Position numbers and translations under genes: made by a program
Shown here: piece by piece, positions 63,085-64,000 of the stretch
Numbering within the stretch: the first letter of the stretch is position 1
Layout of the letters: the number at the start of each line of letters is the position of its first letter
Assembly: GCF_048593235.1 (NCBI RefSeq)
Contig: NC_133620.1
Span: 295,817,765 to 295,881,764 of the forward strand
DNA length: 64,000 nucleotides
Source of the DNA: Sminthopsis crassicaudata
Lineage: Eukaryota
Reading direction: 5' to 3'
The notes under the pieces: generated by a model
The model's input: the letters and a program-made list of their open reading frames with translations, nothing else
Databases searched by the model: none
Told to the model about the DNA's origin: nothing

Positions 63085-64000
63085 TATTTTTGTCCTTTAT
63101 TTTCTTAGGGAGTTGATCAATAGCTTGTTCTATCTCTTTTTCTAAAATGGGACAATTTAAGTAATTTATTTCCTCTTCTATTAATCTGGGCAATCTATTT
63201 TTGTAGGTATTCCTCCATTTCACTTAGGTTATCAAATTTATTAGCATAAAATTGTAGCTCCTAATTATTGCTCTAATTTCTTCTTCATTGGTGGAAAGTT
63301 CTCCCTTTTCATTTTTGAGACTAACATTTTGATTCTCTTTACTTTTTCTAATCAAATTAAAGATTTATTGTGTTGTTTTTTTCATAAAACCAACTCTTAG
63401 TTTTATTTATTAATTCAATAGGTTTCTTTTTTTACTTTTAATTTTATTAATCTCTCCTTTTATTTTTAGAATTTCAAATTTGGTAGTTGATTAGGGGTTT
63501 TAAATTTGCTCTTTTTCTAGCAACTAAAAAGTTGCAAGCCCAATTCATTGATCTGCTCTTTCTCTATTTTATGCAAGTAAGCAACTAGAGATATAAAAAT
63601 TCCCCTTATTACTGCTTTGTATCCCACCAGTTTTGGTATGTTGTTTCATTATTGTCATTCTCTTGGACTAAATTATTTATTGTGTCTATGATTTGCTGTT
63701 TCATCCATTCATTCTTTAGGATGTGATTATTTAGTTTCCAATTACTTTTTAGTCTATTTTCCCCTGGCCTTTTATTGCATCATGGTCTGAAAAAGATGCG
63801 TTTACTATTTCTGCCATTCTGCATTTGATTTTGAGATCTTTTATGTGCTAATATATGGTCAATTTTTGTATAAGTTCCAGGAATTGCTGAGAAGAAAGTG
63901 TGCTCCTTTCTGTCTCCATTCAATTTTCTCAAAAGAGTTATCATACCTAACTTTTCTAGCATTCTATTTACCTCTAACTTATTTATTTTATGATTTAATT
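63085..64000 (-). mobile_element. L1 ORF2 endonuclease-region fragment
   Basis: ORF 63780-63962 RKEHTFFSAIPGTYTKIDHILAHK (L1 endonuclease end); runs off the window edge. Confidence 0.9.

Overview
Marsupial genomic DNA, judged from WSINE1/MAR1-type SINEs and marsupial-type L1; probably Australidelphian/dasyurid, which is an inference. The window is syntenic with human 17p13.1. Gene order: DVL2(-), PHF23(-), GABARAP(-), CTDNEP1(-), [ELP5 slot, +], CLDN7(-), SLC2A4/GLUT4(+), YBX2(-), then TE-rich intergenic DNA. All seven protein-coding genes can be assembled exon by exon with GT-AG junctions and intact frames. The main surprise is the ELP5 slot. Remnants of all eight exons of Elongator subunit 5 lie in order between CTDNEP1 and CLDN7, but they carry a lost start codon, about ten in-frame stops and several frameshifts. 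This is a decayed syntenic (candidate unitary) pseudogene of a normally indispensable tRNA-U34-modification subunit, and it is invisible in the ORF track. Other notable items: a candidate extra Pro-rich exon in YBX2, a 196-bp inverted templated insertion inside a triply nested L1, and a dense GATA/CACCC cluster about 3.9 kb upstream of SLC2A4. Comparisons with human/mouse proteins are from recalled sequences, not from a database search.
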